DNA of 64,000 nt from Eledone cirrhosa (Eukaryota), in assembly GCA_964016885.1 (NCBI GenBank), contig OZ024743.1, positions 356,996,001-357,060,000 of the forward strand, given 5' to 3'. The notes under the pieces were generated by a model. The model was not told the DNA's origin. It saw nothing but the letters and a program-made list of their open reading frames with translations, and made no database searches. This document shows positions 1 through 13,477 of this stretch, piece by piece. Within the stretch, counting starts at the first letter, position 1; every line of letters starts with the position of its first letter. The translations under genes and the position numbers were made by a program.

Positions 1-90
1 ATGCTCGATGACCAAGCTTACACCCATTTTGTTATCGAAACGGTTTATGCTTGGTCGTCGGGCGTTATATCCTATAATATATAGATATAT

Positions 91-306
91 ATTGTTTCTA
101 GATTAGGCATAAAGCCAACAATGTGAAGAGGAGTGGATAGTTGATTAAATCGACACCAGTGTGTGACTGGTACTTTATTTTATCGTCCCCGTAAGGATTA
201 AAAGCAAAGCTAACCTCGGCGGGATTTGAACTCAGAACGTAAAGGGACGTAATTCCATGCCACGAAGCATAGAGGCCGACGCTCTACCGATACTGCCAAT
301 CCACCA
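91..306 (-). mobile_element. tRNA-derived SINE family A; other minus copies ~10650-10790, 13585-13910, 16140-16345, 34232-34420, 39603-39783, 56662-56783
   Basis: A-box-like tggcagtatcggt, B-box gagttcaaatcc, central gcctttcatccttacggggtcgataaaataaagtaccag (resembles the Meta/Sauria-SINE domain), tail gtagaaacaattat. Confidence 0.85.
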
Positions 307-765
307 CCCTTATAATATACATATATTAACATATGAGTGTGTGTGTGTGTATGTGTGTGAGAGAGTGAGTGTGCGTCTCCCTCCCAAACTATTTTATAGG
401 TTTCCAGACCTACCCACTCACACATACTTCTAATCTTGTTCTGACTTACGTGAAGACATGTTCTCTTCAAATGCAGAGTTGTTGCTTCAGCATTGGCGCC
501 AAAATGACTGTTGCACTCTATTGCACTGTATAAAGTCTGGCTTCGTCAAGAAAGAAAGAAAGAATTGAGAATTGAGTGCTTGCCAAGTAATGATGCAATT
601 AAATAGCAATAAATGAACACGTGATAGTATATGTACATGCTCTCAGACACATACATATATATCATGTCGCATATACATACATACGCCCTTTCTTCACAAT
701 CAAACATATTTTATATACATAAAAGATACATACTTAAAACATATATACACGTACAAATAAGAATG

Positions 766-837
<72 letters not shown>

Positions 838-843
838 TATTTG

Positions 844-891
<48 letters not shown>

Positions 892-1354
892 ATGTATGTA
901 TATATATATATTGAATAAGAGATGAAACGTTGAGTCTTTGAATTCAATAGAAGAGATCTACTTTTTAAAACCTCACTGTATATATATACTTATAGTACTG
1001 TTGATGATGGCTTTTATCTCCTTGATATCAAACCACCTCCTAATTACATTATCCTTCTGTAGTAGTTACTTCGATGTAATAGGTGCATCTTTGTGTGTGT
1101 TTGTTGCCGAGAATGACTACATGTTTGCGTGTTCTTGGGGGAATCAAAGGTATAGTTTAACCGGTTTAAAACAGTTGGGTTTCCTCATCAGATGCCACAC
1201 ACCCACCTCATTTGTCCACACACACACACATACACACACACACTCACAGAATTTTATATCTTATTTATAACCACTAAATATAGCGGGTTCAGCAAGCTAA
1301 TTCGTTTGATTTGCATAAATAGTGCTCTCTTTGCGACTTATTCAATTAACTAAT

Positions 1355-1444
<90 letters not shown>

Positions 1445-3244
1445 TTCTCTCTCTCTCACACACACACTCTCCCCCTTTCTCTCTCTCTCACACGCGCGCA
1501 CACATATACACACACTCTCTCTCACATACACACACATGAAATCAGAAAGAAAATCTGTTGATGCAAAAATTGAAACTATCATGACATTTTAAAAATATAT
1601 TATATACTTTGGGCAAACTCATCCATATTTTGTTTGTGTGGTATATTCTGGGTACACTCTATTTATTTCATTCACACAGGAAATCGTCAAAGTGCTGACG
1701 AACTTAATCGTAGAGAATTTTTAGAGGATAAAAGGCATCATTCAGATAAATTTAAACTCTTTTGATAATAAGCTGCATGAAACCGCCTCTAGTTCTATCA
1801 TATATCATACAAATATGTTTATTTTAAAGTGTTTGTATTAATCTAAAAACCTTCCACCAGTAACCGTTGTTAAGTTATGCTCCAAATACCAGCTTAGTTA
1901 TATTACAACATTTCTTCAAATTTTGAACTATTAAAAAAATTATATAGAAATAATAGGCAGTGTTTTCATTAGAAATATGGCAACAATAAAGGCTAACTTG
2001 TACTTTCTGGTTCATGTTTTTCTAATATATATGTGTGTGTGTGTGTGTGTGTGCGTGCGTGTGTGTGTGTGCATGAGTGTATATGTGTGTGTGTATGTAT
2101 GTATGTGTGCGCCATATTGTTTAAGTACAAGGTACATCTTAGAAGTTTAGACTAAATGAAAGAGAAAGTATATGTATGTTGTAGTTGCGAGGCAAGCCTT
2201 CATTCCCTTTCCTATCTTTATCACTCGCTCTCACTCAATAAAAATAAAACAAAAACGAGAAGAAAACAATTGAATAGTAAATTTATTGACAAAACAAGCA
2301 GGCAACATATTGTATCAAATTTTACTCCAATAGTCAGTAACTCCTCTTCTCTCTCCTTTTCTCTCCCTCTCTTTCGCTTGAACAACTTTTACCGCCATCA
2401 TTTTTATGTTAATTTATTTTATTTTTATTTTATTATTTCATCCCCTCTCCTCATCGTTCCCCTTTATGCTCACCGCCTTCCTACCATTCCAGCTTTTGTT
2501 TTGTTTAGCTTCGTTTTTATCCTTTTATTTATTTATTCGTGTATTTATTTATATATTTATATATTTATATTTCCCCACCACTTTTTACATCATTTATTTG
2601 TGGTCGTTTGCGTTGTTATTGTTCGGTCGTCTGCTCTCTCTCTTTTGCTCAACAACTTCTACCGCCATCTTTCCTTCATTCTATGATTTGTTGTACATCG
2701 TTCTATTTATCTATTTCTTCACTGATTCTGTTGGCGTTGTTTGGTGGTGGTGGTGGTGGTGGTGGTGGGGAAGTATTATGTTGTTTTATTTATTACATAA
2801 ATCTTTATTTTGTGTGTATTTTATTTTCAATTGATTGATTTATTTTATCTTCGTTTGTCTCTCCTCAATTATATTATTTTTTAAACTTCTGTTTAATTTC
2901 TTTCTCCTTTCCTTCTTCCTACCTCTCTTTCCCTTTCTCCCCTCTTCTATATCTGCCATTTCTCTCTCCTTCTTCTTTTCCCTTCCTCTCAATATCTCTC
3001 CAACTCTATCCTCTCTCTTTCTCCTTCCGCAATAACTTTCCTCCTCTTCCTTTTTTTTTTTTTTTTTACTGTGTCAGATTTCAAATGATAAACGACACTT
3101 CCTTAAATCCTCTTTTTCTTTTCCTGTGATGTATTTCAATCTTTTGGGAAAGAAGGTAGAAAAATGACATCATTTGCTATTAAATCTAGTTAATACAGCG
3201 TAGAGCTGGGGACCCGCCAGGAAGAAAGATGGTGTGTGTGTATA

Positions 3245-3282
<38 letters not shown>

Positions 3283-3866
3283 TGCGTCTATGCGCGCGTA
3301 TGAATATATGTAAGAAACGCGGTGCGTATGTATGTGTATGTGTGTGTATGTATAAATATGAATGTGTGTAGAAAAGCTGGTTGCCGGGGAAAATCTCTTG
3401 GGGGGTTGAGAATTATTGAGATAGGAACGGTAGCATGTTGTTGTTGATTCTGATGATGATGAGGAGGAGGAGGAGGTGGCGGATTGTGGTGGCAGTGGCT
3501 ATTTTGTTGTCGTTAATGCCTGACCGAAAAATTTCCTGTGTGCATTGTGTTAAATTGTTTAAATAACAACACCAATAATAATAACAGTGTTCTCAGCTTA
3601 GATTTATTTCGTCGGAATAGCTGGAAAGTAAAGAGATGTGGTGTGGGCTTATTTACTATTATTATTTCTTTTTTTTTTTTTGACAAACCATAATATTTCA
3701 TTTCTATTTTACCAGGTCAATCTCCCCCCCTCTCTCTCTCTCTCTTTCGACATATCCCTATTTTTCTTTCATTCTCTCTCCCTCTTCCTCTGCTCTTTCT
3801 TTCTTACTCTTATCTTTATTTCTCATCTGTCAAAATGTTTACAATTCCTATTTCTCATACACTATC

Positions 3867-3941
<75 letters not shown>

Positions 3942-3957
3942 CTCTCTCACTCTAGAG

Positions 3958-4310
3958 CCATCTCTCTCTTGAACCATCTCCCTCTCTCTTGAACCACCCC
4001 CTCTCTCTCTCTCTCAACACATCTCTCTCTTGAACCATCTCCCTCTCACTTGAACCACCTCTCTCTCTCTCTCAACACATCTCTCTCTTGAACCATCTCC
4101 CTCTCACTTGAACCACCTCTCTCTCTCTCAACACATCTCTCTCTTGAACCATCTCCCTCTCTCTTGAACCACCTCTCTCAAGGCATCTCTCTCTTGAACC
4201 ATCTCCCTCTCTCTCTCTCAAGACATCTCTTTCTTGAAACATCTCTCTCCCTCTCGCTATCTCTCTCTTTAGAGTCATCTCTTACTTGAACCATCTCTGT
4301 CTTGAACCAC
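3958..4310. repeat. Minisatellite (ttgaaccatctccctctctc variants)
   Basis: Direct tandem units. Confidence 0.85.
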
Positions 4311-4427
4311 CCTTTCCTCCTTCTCTCTCTCTCTTTCTTGTGTTTTCGTTCTCATTTACCCTTCTCTCTATCACCTTTACTAGCTTTCTCTTATATTTCT
4401 TCACCCCCCCCCCCTCTCTTTATCTAC

Positions 4428-4465
<38 letters not shown>

Positions 4466-4682
4466 CTTTTTCTGTCTGACGCGTGAAACATCGCCGGTAA
4501 GATTTTTTTCTAAATTTATATACGAAAAACAGAACAAATTGTTTGAAAAAACATATTATTTTGTAGATTAACCCCCAAACTGAATTGTCAGCTGGGTGGT
4601 AATCCCATTTTTCGCCCCATTAGGGGGGAACATTTTGTTTGAAAAATTGTTTTAAAATATCAAATTTTACAAACTATATAAC

Positions 4683-6594
4683 TTGAACAACACAAGAACG
4701 CTGGAGAACGTCAATAGAGAAAAGAGAGAGAAAGAGGCAGATATTAACGTTATATCTGCTTCTGCTACTATGGACGTCGTCATAGATACGACTGTCAACA
4801 AAGAGGAAAAAATGTTACCACTCGAAAATTGTACAATTTCTACCGTCGAAGCAGAGAAAAATAACACTAACTCACATGAAAACACAGAAATTAAACCTAT
4901 TAACATACATACACATGAAAAAGACATCAACAACTCCACAGATACATCTACACATAATGTTTCACCTCGTCAAGGAACTGAGATTTCCAACACCGAGGCT
5001 AACAACGATAACAACAACAACAACAGCAACACCACACAAAAAAAGAAAATGTCTTTCGCTGAAACAGTGAAGAAAAAACAAGATTTTATAAATCTTGATA
5101 TCTCCAATGCAAGAGATATGCTCCAGCAAGGGAGAACATTTGTAACTTTCGAAGAAAAAGGTGGGTTTAGAATTAACTCACCCCTTGAAATAAAGGAAGA
5201 CACAATTCGCAGATCAGTCACCTTTAGGACTGTGTCAAATTCCACAAGAAAGCCAACATTTGTTAGCCAAGCAGATATAGAAGCTACTTTCAAGGAAATT
5301 CTAGCAAATATCGATTTTCTCCAGCGAGGAAAACAGTACGAAAGTGTTTCCGTACTGTTTAAAAGCGAGGCACTCGCCCCAAAACATTCAATGGTGTCAA
5401 AAGCATTCACCTTTTTCCCTACATACATGGGGGAAAAGGACACAAAAAATAAAAATAAAAAATATACCCCCAAACATTAACATCTGGTGGATCTTGGCTG
5501 GCTTCGTAGAGCCAGAAACTGATATGATTCTTTCGATACGAAAATCTAATCGACAAAGGTGGGCGGGTACTGATTTGGAGATTCTGTTGCAAATGAAGCC
5601 GGAGAGAATCTCCAAAATACCCGAAAGAGTCGTCATCGATGATAACAACAAAATAAACATTTCGGTAGAAGGACGAAAATGTCATTGCTTTCGCTGTGGT
5701 AACACAGCACACCTAAAAGCCTCTTGTCCACAAACACACAACAACATCATTAAAAAAACACTATTACCAACACCAACACCAAAACAACCACCACCACCAC
5801 AAGTACAACGACAGACGAAACGAGCAACCACACCACAACAAACAGACACTCAACCAACAACAACAGAAAAAACTGAGACAACACCCCTGAAGAACACAGC
5901 ACCACCTATCCCACTCCATCAAACACTACCACAAACACACACACCGAAACACCACCACCACACAACATACCCCTACCCCACACACCTGATGATGATTATT
6001 CATCGACGGATGAAGCTGCTTCTCCTTCTTTAAGTGAAGAACAGGGAGAGCCGCGGAAATCTAAAAAAAACAAAGAGAGACACCACAAAACCCCCCAAAA
6101 CTCCAATCACCAACACCAACACACAAACAACAACACAAACAACACCACAGTCAAACATCCCCCTATCAGCAAAACCAACACCAACACCACCCCAAACACA
6201 AGCACCCACCATAAAAAGAAAACTCCCGGACGAACAACAAAAACACAAACAAAAATACGCATACATCAACACAAACAACATGAATTTGATGGAGGTCATC
6301 TCCCAAAACCCCAAAGTGGAGACGGAGGGCAACACTTTTGACAAGGCAGAATCGTCTGCACACCTTAAACTTATAAGGGTTTCTATGGAAACCTATAATG
6401 ACCTAAAAAATAAATTTTCACAGGACGTGGGCAACCACTGCCAGAAACCCATCAACCGCGTCCTGTTAAAATGTTTCCCCACCCCATCCCATCCAGCACC
6501 CAAATGGAGATTGAACAACCCGATCTCCAGGAAACGAAAAGGTAAGTGCACCTTTCGTCCTTTTTCTCCAACTCTTCTTCACCAACATGGTTAG
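4683..6594 (+). pseudogene. LINE ORF1 (gag-like), frameshifted
   Basis: Split over ORFs 4683-5480, 5344-6033 and 6034-6594; contains CFRCGNTAHLKASC (CX2CX4HX4C) and a Pro/Thr-rich C-terminus. Confidence 0.8.
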
Positions 6595-9500
6595 TTTACG
6601 AGTTGGAAGCGTGAATGTGCGTGGCCTAGGGATGCCCTGGAAACAGGGCCAACTTTTAAACGACCTTAGGTCACACGGTATGGATGTGATAAGCATCACC
6701 TAGTCCAGGATCCACAACAGGCAGCAACTAACCCCCATCTTCGACGACTTTGAGATCTACGCATCTCTCTGTCAACCAGGAGGTGGGGGTGGAATGGCTG
6801 TCATGTTTCGGAAGAACCTGGACGTCGAAGTACAGCAAGTACACTTGGACCCGGAGGGTAGACTGGTAGTCCTAGACGTGAACAGTATTGGAGGTGGGGC
6901 CTTCAGACTGGTGGCCGTTTATGCCCCGACCGGGCAATAGCAATCACGGCCAGACTTCTTTAAGCGTCTAGAGTCTTTTCTGGGAACGTCTCGCCCCTTA
7001 CTTTTAGTGGGGGACTGGAATGGTATCCTAGATGCCCGATGGGACTGTGTGAGCATGTCCCAGTAGAGCGGGGTGCAACAGCCTCAAAATTTTAATCGGC
7101 CAATTCCAACTGGCCGATAGGTATCGACTGGATTTCCCGACTGCACCACAGTGGACGTGGGCAAACCGCAGCGGGACATCTAGATCGTATTTAGTTAGGT
7201 TCTTCATGAGAGAAAGGGACAAGGAGATGTTAAGCTGTCCACGAATGCACATGGTTGCCTATTCAGATCACAAATTAGTCGTCTGCTTAGTCAACCGTGA
7301 TAGAACACATAGACAGGGACCCGGATACTGGAAGCTGAACGTGTCGTTGCCGACACGTAAAGCTTACAGTGAACGGATAAGTAGACTAGTCAAGCAACAG
7401 GTAACGGGAGCCATCGTCAACAATAGATGGTGGTACTCTCTCAAGAAAGCAATTAGAATAGAATCGATAGGGTATAGCAGAGAGTTAGCCTTAGAGAAAA
7501 ACAGAATAGAAAGAGAACTAGTAGCCAAGGTAGAGGAGGCACTTATAAGTGGCAACGCGGCTAGAGTGTTAGCGTCGAGAACGGCATTGGACCAGTTCTT
7601 CGATGCGAAACACGAAGGCTGCGTGGTCAGAAGCAAAACACGTGCTCTAGGAAACGAAGGAGCGAAAGCTGTCAGCTGGGCCCGAGTGGGGGAGGCAAGA
7701 AGTGGCAACAAGTCCACGATTCTGTCTTTGAAAGACCAAAACGGACGCGTGCTACTTGACCTCAAGCAAGTGTGCGCGGCCTTTCAGCAGCACTTTGCGC
7801 GACTGTTTGAGCAGAACGACGGTGAGGCGAACGGGGCAATGGACTTTAGTTCATACCTCGACGGCCTGGCGCGTCTCTCGAACACAGACACCGAGTTCTG
7901 CGAAAGACCGATCACGGACACTGAGATACGGGACGCTCTGGGCCGCTGCGGGGAACGCAAGTCACCCGGTCTAGGTGGTCTACCCTATGAGTTTTACATA
8001 GGCATGCCAGACTTGTTCTCTGGCGTCCTCGAAGCCGTCTACTGCAATTGGCAGCAGAACGGGAGAATTCCCAGTTCTGCAGGCAAGGTGAACGGCTACC
8101 AATCGGAGCCGTTCGCAATCACGCGTTCCATTCGACAGGGGTACCCTCTCTCCGCCATTCTGTATGTATTGACTCTAGAGCCACTACTGCGGAAATTGGA
8201 GCTGTTGCAGGGCATCCCTCTAGAACCGGGACTGCGCAAAGCGGCGTCGGCTTATGCCGACGACGTGACGGTAATGGTGTTGAGCACCTGTGAAATCGGG
8301 GTGATCGGCAACTTACTGAAAGAATACGAAACGCTGACGGGAGCAAAACTAAACCCGGACAAGTCTGTCGGTTTGCAATTCGGTACGTGGAGAAGCAAAC
8401 CGATGACGTCCGACAGCGTCGTTGGACGCTGAACGGACGGACCGGTGAAATTGCTCGGGGTCTGGTTCGGTCCAGACCTCCAGGTGGAGAAAAACTGGAA
8501 CGAGGTCACGGCCAAGGTGTTTGCACTCACCCAGAAGTGGGCAGAGTGCAAACTGTCCTTGAAAGGTCGAGCGGAGGTGGCGAACACTTTCATAGCGTCC
8601 GTCATCTACTACCGCTTGACTGTCGTGCCTTGTCCCCGTGAACACCTCGCCAAGATGGAATGCATGCTCTTCCAGTTTCTGTGGAAGAAGCAGGCTCCGC
8701 TGGTGAGGAGATCTGTCTGCTGTCAGCACCCTTCCAACGGAGGGCTGGGAATGCCGTGGCTGATGATGCGCAAACATGCGCTGAGGCTGCAGCATCTCCA
8801 GGTATTCCTCACCGACACCCAACCGGTGTGGGCACCGTTTGTGAGACAGGCTTTCCCACAGCTCGTCTCGCTAACGGAGCTGCAGTCCTGGGTCAAGAAA
8901 AGACCGAAAACGATGGGCGCCTGGCACATTGAATGCGCTCAGGCGCTCACAGTCCTCTGGCAAGCGGGCGCAGCAATCAGTGGAGACTCCACTTCGACAT
9001 TCTATAGAGGGATTGTACGATACAAGGGTGACGACGTGCTCGGAGAGACTCTGGGCGTCGAAGACGATGAGCTCACCAGTCTGTTTGGTAGGACTTTCCG
9101 CCCGGGACCTATGGACAACTTCCAGGGGTCCCTGGCCTGGCAGTACTACCGAGGAACTCTACCGGTTCGTGACAAGATCTACAAGCACGGACGCCCCGGC
9201 AGGGATCCTTCCAAGAGGACGTGTCCATGATGCGCGCAGGACATTGAAACAGCCCTGCACGCAATTGTACACTGCCCGGGCGTAACCGACCTGTGAAACT
9301 ATGCAGAACAACTGCTGTCGCGTATGGGACAAATCCAATTGACTGCCGAGTCCATAGTAAGGATCAAACCGCCAGCCTCTTTCAAAAACGAAAGAGAGGC
9401 GGTTTTCCTCTGTACGGTGGCTATGGTGAAAGAGGTTATATGGTGGACGAGATTGAGAGGACTGAGGACAGATGCCTTTCTCTCCGGACAACAATTGATT

Positions 9501-9638
9501 CCCTTCTTTAAGTATCACTTTAGAAGGAGAATCAGAGTGGAGAGAGAGGCACTGCACCCCAGTAAATTTACTGAAAGGTGGGTGAATGAAGCGAAAATGG
9601 CCCGAGTGATTGGGCCTTCTCTGTTTATAAGCCTGTAG
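6587..9638 (+). pseudogene. LINE ORF2 (APE endonuclease + reverse transcriptase), disrupted
   Basis: Begins MVSLRVGSVNVRGL; VAVYAP, GDWN and SDH are APE motifs; GYWKLN, KSPGLGGLP, RQGYPLS, AYADDVT, LNPDKS, LLGVWF, GGLG. In-frame stops at 6701, 6938, 8430 and 9228. Confidence 0.92.
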
Positions 9639-12600
9639 GTTGAAGAGGAGAGCAAAAGGAAGAAAGGAGCACTTGCACAACACGCTCCTGGAGTTGAGGG
9701 TTGTTCTATCGACGGGGTATTAAACAACCCATTTGTGGCGCCTCCCCCCTATTGGGGATTTCGATTGTTGTAATTGTTTGTTTCAATATTTGTACACGAC
9801 TGTATGTAAAATCCCCGGCATGTCTTTGTATTGTCCCCTTTTCTTGTGCGCCCTTGTGGCAAATAAAGAAATATATCTATCTATCTCTCCTATCTGTTCT
9901 GTCTCTATCCCTTACTCTTTTTCATGTATTTATTCTTTATCCCCTTCTCTTATTTCTCTCTTTTTTCTTCCACAATCTTTTCCACGTTTAATTAGACCTT
10001 TTGTTAATTATTCTCTCCCCTCTTTCCCAGTCACTTGTTTCTCTCATTATCACTTTGATTATATCGACAACAACCCCATCCATTCACACACACTATCTCT
10101 CCCAATCCACCTCTGTCATATGTATATCTGGGATATACTAACACTGATATCATCTGAGCTTGTTTGATATCTTCTACCACAAATCTAGTTATCTCTACAA
10201 TATATCAATCTTTTTCTCTTTTACCACTTTACTTTCACACACATACACACACACTCTCTCTCTCTGTCAACCTCAATTTCTCTTCATCAATTTTTTCTCT
10301 TCTGTCTTTGTTATCTCCCCCCACCCCACCTTGCCAGGAATGTATCAAAAGTCAATCCAAAGTCACATTTTTCAATTTTGTCTACCGCCACAACCTTTTC
10401 GATCACCCACATTGCTCTCTCTCTCTTTCTCTCATACACACATTTACACGAGAAAGTGCTGATCTTTTAGATTGGACCAGATAATCCATATTTCTATTGG
10501 TCATTCCATTGCTGATACTATCTGCTGATACTATCGCAATTTCTGGCAAACTTGTTACCACTTTTCTGGTGACAAGTGATGAGATTTGAACGTAGAATTC
10601 TCAGAGCTGGAACAGCTACTGCAAGGCATCTTCCCTAACGTCAGTCCACCGTATCTAGAATGGTACTTTGTTTATCGACCACAAAAGAATGAAAGGGCAA
10701 AGTTTACCTCGACAGGATTTGAACTCAGAGTGCAGAAAACCGGAACAAATTTCACAAAACATTCTTTTCGTCGCCCTCACGATTCTGCCCATATATATAT
10801 ATATATTATCTTATTTTATTTGACCCGTTTAGCTTGTTCGCTTTTTTGGCTCTGGTGGTTAATGGCTTCTTAACCATCGTCTCAGTTTGTATAACCTTTT
10901 TAACTTATGTTTATAGCTCTGGTATCTTCATATCCATGGAGCGCTTGTCTACACAATATGGAAGTTGCGTTTCGCTAATTTCTACCCGCCGAAATGCGAT
11001 TCTCACTAAATTTATATATATATTCCTCCTTTCTCCCGTTAGACCTGTACGGAATTCCTTCCTTGCTCACATTCCAACCAGGTTTGATGGTCTTTATTCT
11101 CTCTCGTTCACGATTTCACCGAACTTATATTCATGGAAATTTGGGACTTGACTCGTTCTTCCTCACTTTTCGTTGCTTCACCATCTTTGTTTGTTTACAC
11201 TCTCGTGTCCCCTTTATTTACGTGTCCCAACGACTTTTTTTAGCCGTTGCTCGCACCAACCGGAGGTATATGGTCTTTAAAGCGATGAAATACCAATGAT
11301 GGTTGGAAGATCACTGATGAAGGACTAACTTTATTCATATATATATATATATATATATTAGTATCGGTGCTCTGAAATAGCGATGTATGTATGGATGTAT
11401 GTATAGTATATTATCAAATATAATATACAGACTCACCTACATATATATATATATATGAATGCATATATATATATATGTATGTGTCTACTTACATTTTCTT
11501 ACTTCTTCACACTAACCATATCACTATGTTTATATATAATCTTCTAGGTATCAACCACAACTCTAAATATCCATCCAGCTGTCTCTCCCAGTAAAATCAT
11601 CTGTCTCTTGTTTCATTCTCCCCCCCACTATCGTTGCTTGTTTTTTTATTTAATCTATTATTATTATTATTATAGACTCTCCCAATGGTCTTCTACTCAC
11701 CCCACTCACTCACCAATGACATCAAAACTACCGATATCACTTACTTCTTCCCCAACCAACACAGCTTCCTGTTGGCACACATTGCCATATTTCATTTTTT
11801 AAATGAAATAAATAAATATACAATAAAGCTATAAACAAATAAATAAACAAAGACAGATAGATAAATAGATACAGATAGATAGATAGATAGATATAGATAT
11901 AGGGGTGGGGAGTAGGTAGATTGATTGAGTGATTGATTATAACAACAACCGAGCGAAGCAATAATGTTTTGAAATGCTGTGTAAGACATTGAATTAACAA
12001 ACTGGTGGTTCCGGCGACGCGCTCTTCAAAATTGTTTGTCACATGTCTGCAGGCTAAATCCTTTCACACACACGACAGAAAAACCGATATGCTATTGGAA
12101 CCGTCCAGCGATGGGCAGTACAGCGCAGAACGGAAATAAAGAAATATGTATGTATGATCGTATCGCAATCACAAGGTGCCGAGTTCGAACCCACTATGTG
12201 GCATCTTGAGGCAAATAACATTTACCATAGCCCCGGCTCGAATCTCAAGCTTTGTGAGGGAATTAGGATAGACAGAAACTGTACCTGTAGTTCAAACTTC
12301 CTGTTTTATCACTCACTATGTCACGCTGTTTCTGCGCGAGAAGAGAATTCCTATGTATCAATCCGGACACTTCTTGAGCTGAGCGTGGAGAATGAAAATA
12401 AAAAGACCCCCCCCCCCCCGCCCCTAAAAAAGAGTCAAATAAATAAAATAGAATGAAATATAAATTTTTTTTTTTTGTCTTCACGGCATAACTGACATCA
12501 TCCGTCTTTTGAACACACACACACATACACACACACTTTATCTTCTTTCTCGTGGGTATAACGACATATGTCAATCATATTAAAAAGTAAGTCACCGACC

Positions 12601-13180
12601 AAAAAATAAATTTAAAAAAAAAGGACAAGAAAGAAAAAGAAAACGTTTCGAGTCATAGCAGGGAATAAGATGGATTATCATTAGCTATTCATCTATTTCA
12701 ATTATTCGCTGAATCACAAATACCGGCGTTTATTTGCGGTTTCTGCAGAGCTAAGCAAATACCAAAGATAGAAAGAGAAAAAGATTCTGCTGGTCTATCG
12801 GACATTGAACTCGGCTCTACAGGTTCACAATTTGTGGAGACGCGTGGCCTAGTGGTTAGGCTGTTTGGAAGGTCGTGAATTCAATTTCTGGCTGCACGTT
12901 GTTTCCATGAGCAAAGCATTTTGTTTCATGTTTCTTCTGTCGTCTACGCAGCTGGCAAAAATAAGAATTACGTTAAGGATATACGCTATCTCGCCTTTTT
13001 CACCTTGATAAGTAGCAACAGAGTGGCTAGAACGTCGGATAGAATGCTTTATGGTATTTATTCCGGCTCTCTGAGTTCAAATCCAGTCGGGAGTTACGAG
13101 ACCATACATACATACATAGTTGATAAATGAAACAAACAAAACACAGGAGGCAATTTTTACAGTTATATTAGCGGGGAAGG

Positions 13181-13232
<52 letters not shown>

Positions 13233-13237
<5 letters not shown>

Positions 13238-13430
13238 AACGAGTAGAACCCCGACGGCTGAGCTCAACCCGTTTCGACGGCTAATTCTGGACTAGTCCAG
13301 AATTAGTCCAGAATTAGTCGTCCAGAATTAGCCGTCGAAACGGCTTGAGCTCAGCCGTCGGGGTCCTACTCGTTCCTATTACCCTAAGTATTGAGTACTT
13401 AGCGAAATTAGCGAAATGCAACTTCCTTCG

Positions 13431-13432
<2 letters not shown>
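13233..13432 (+). mobile_element. TA-embedded hairpin element (relatives 50869-51009(-), 54824-55020(+), diverged 1-74)
   Basis: Shared gtcgaaacggcttgagctcagccgtcgggg...cctatt...accctaagtattgagtac...ccttcgtt; each copy is flanked by (TA)n. Confidence 0.8.

Positions 13433-13477
<45 letters not shown>

Larger units (their letters stand above)
4478..9871 (+). mobile_element. Near-full-length degenerate Tx1/L1-group LINE inserted in a (TCTA)n/(TC)n tract
   Basis: ORF1 with CCHC knuckle, ORF2 with APE and RT motifs, AATAAA at 9862-9867, tatctatctatctct on both flanks. The 5' boundary is approximate. Confidence 0.9.
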
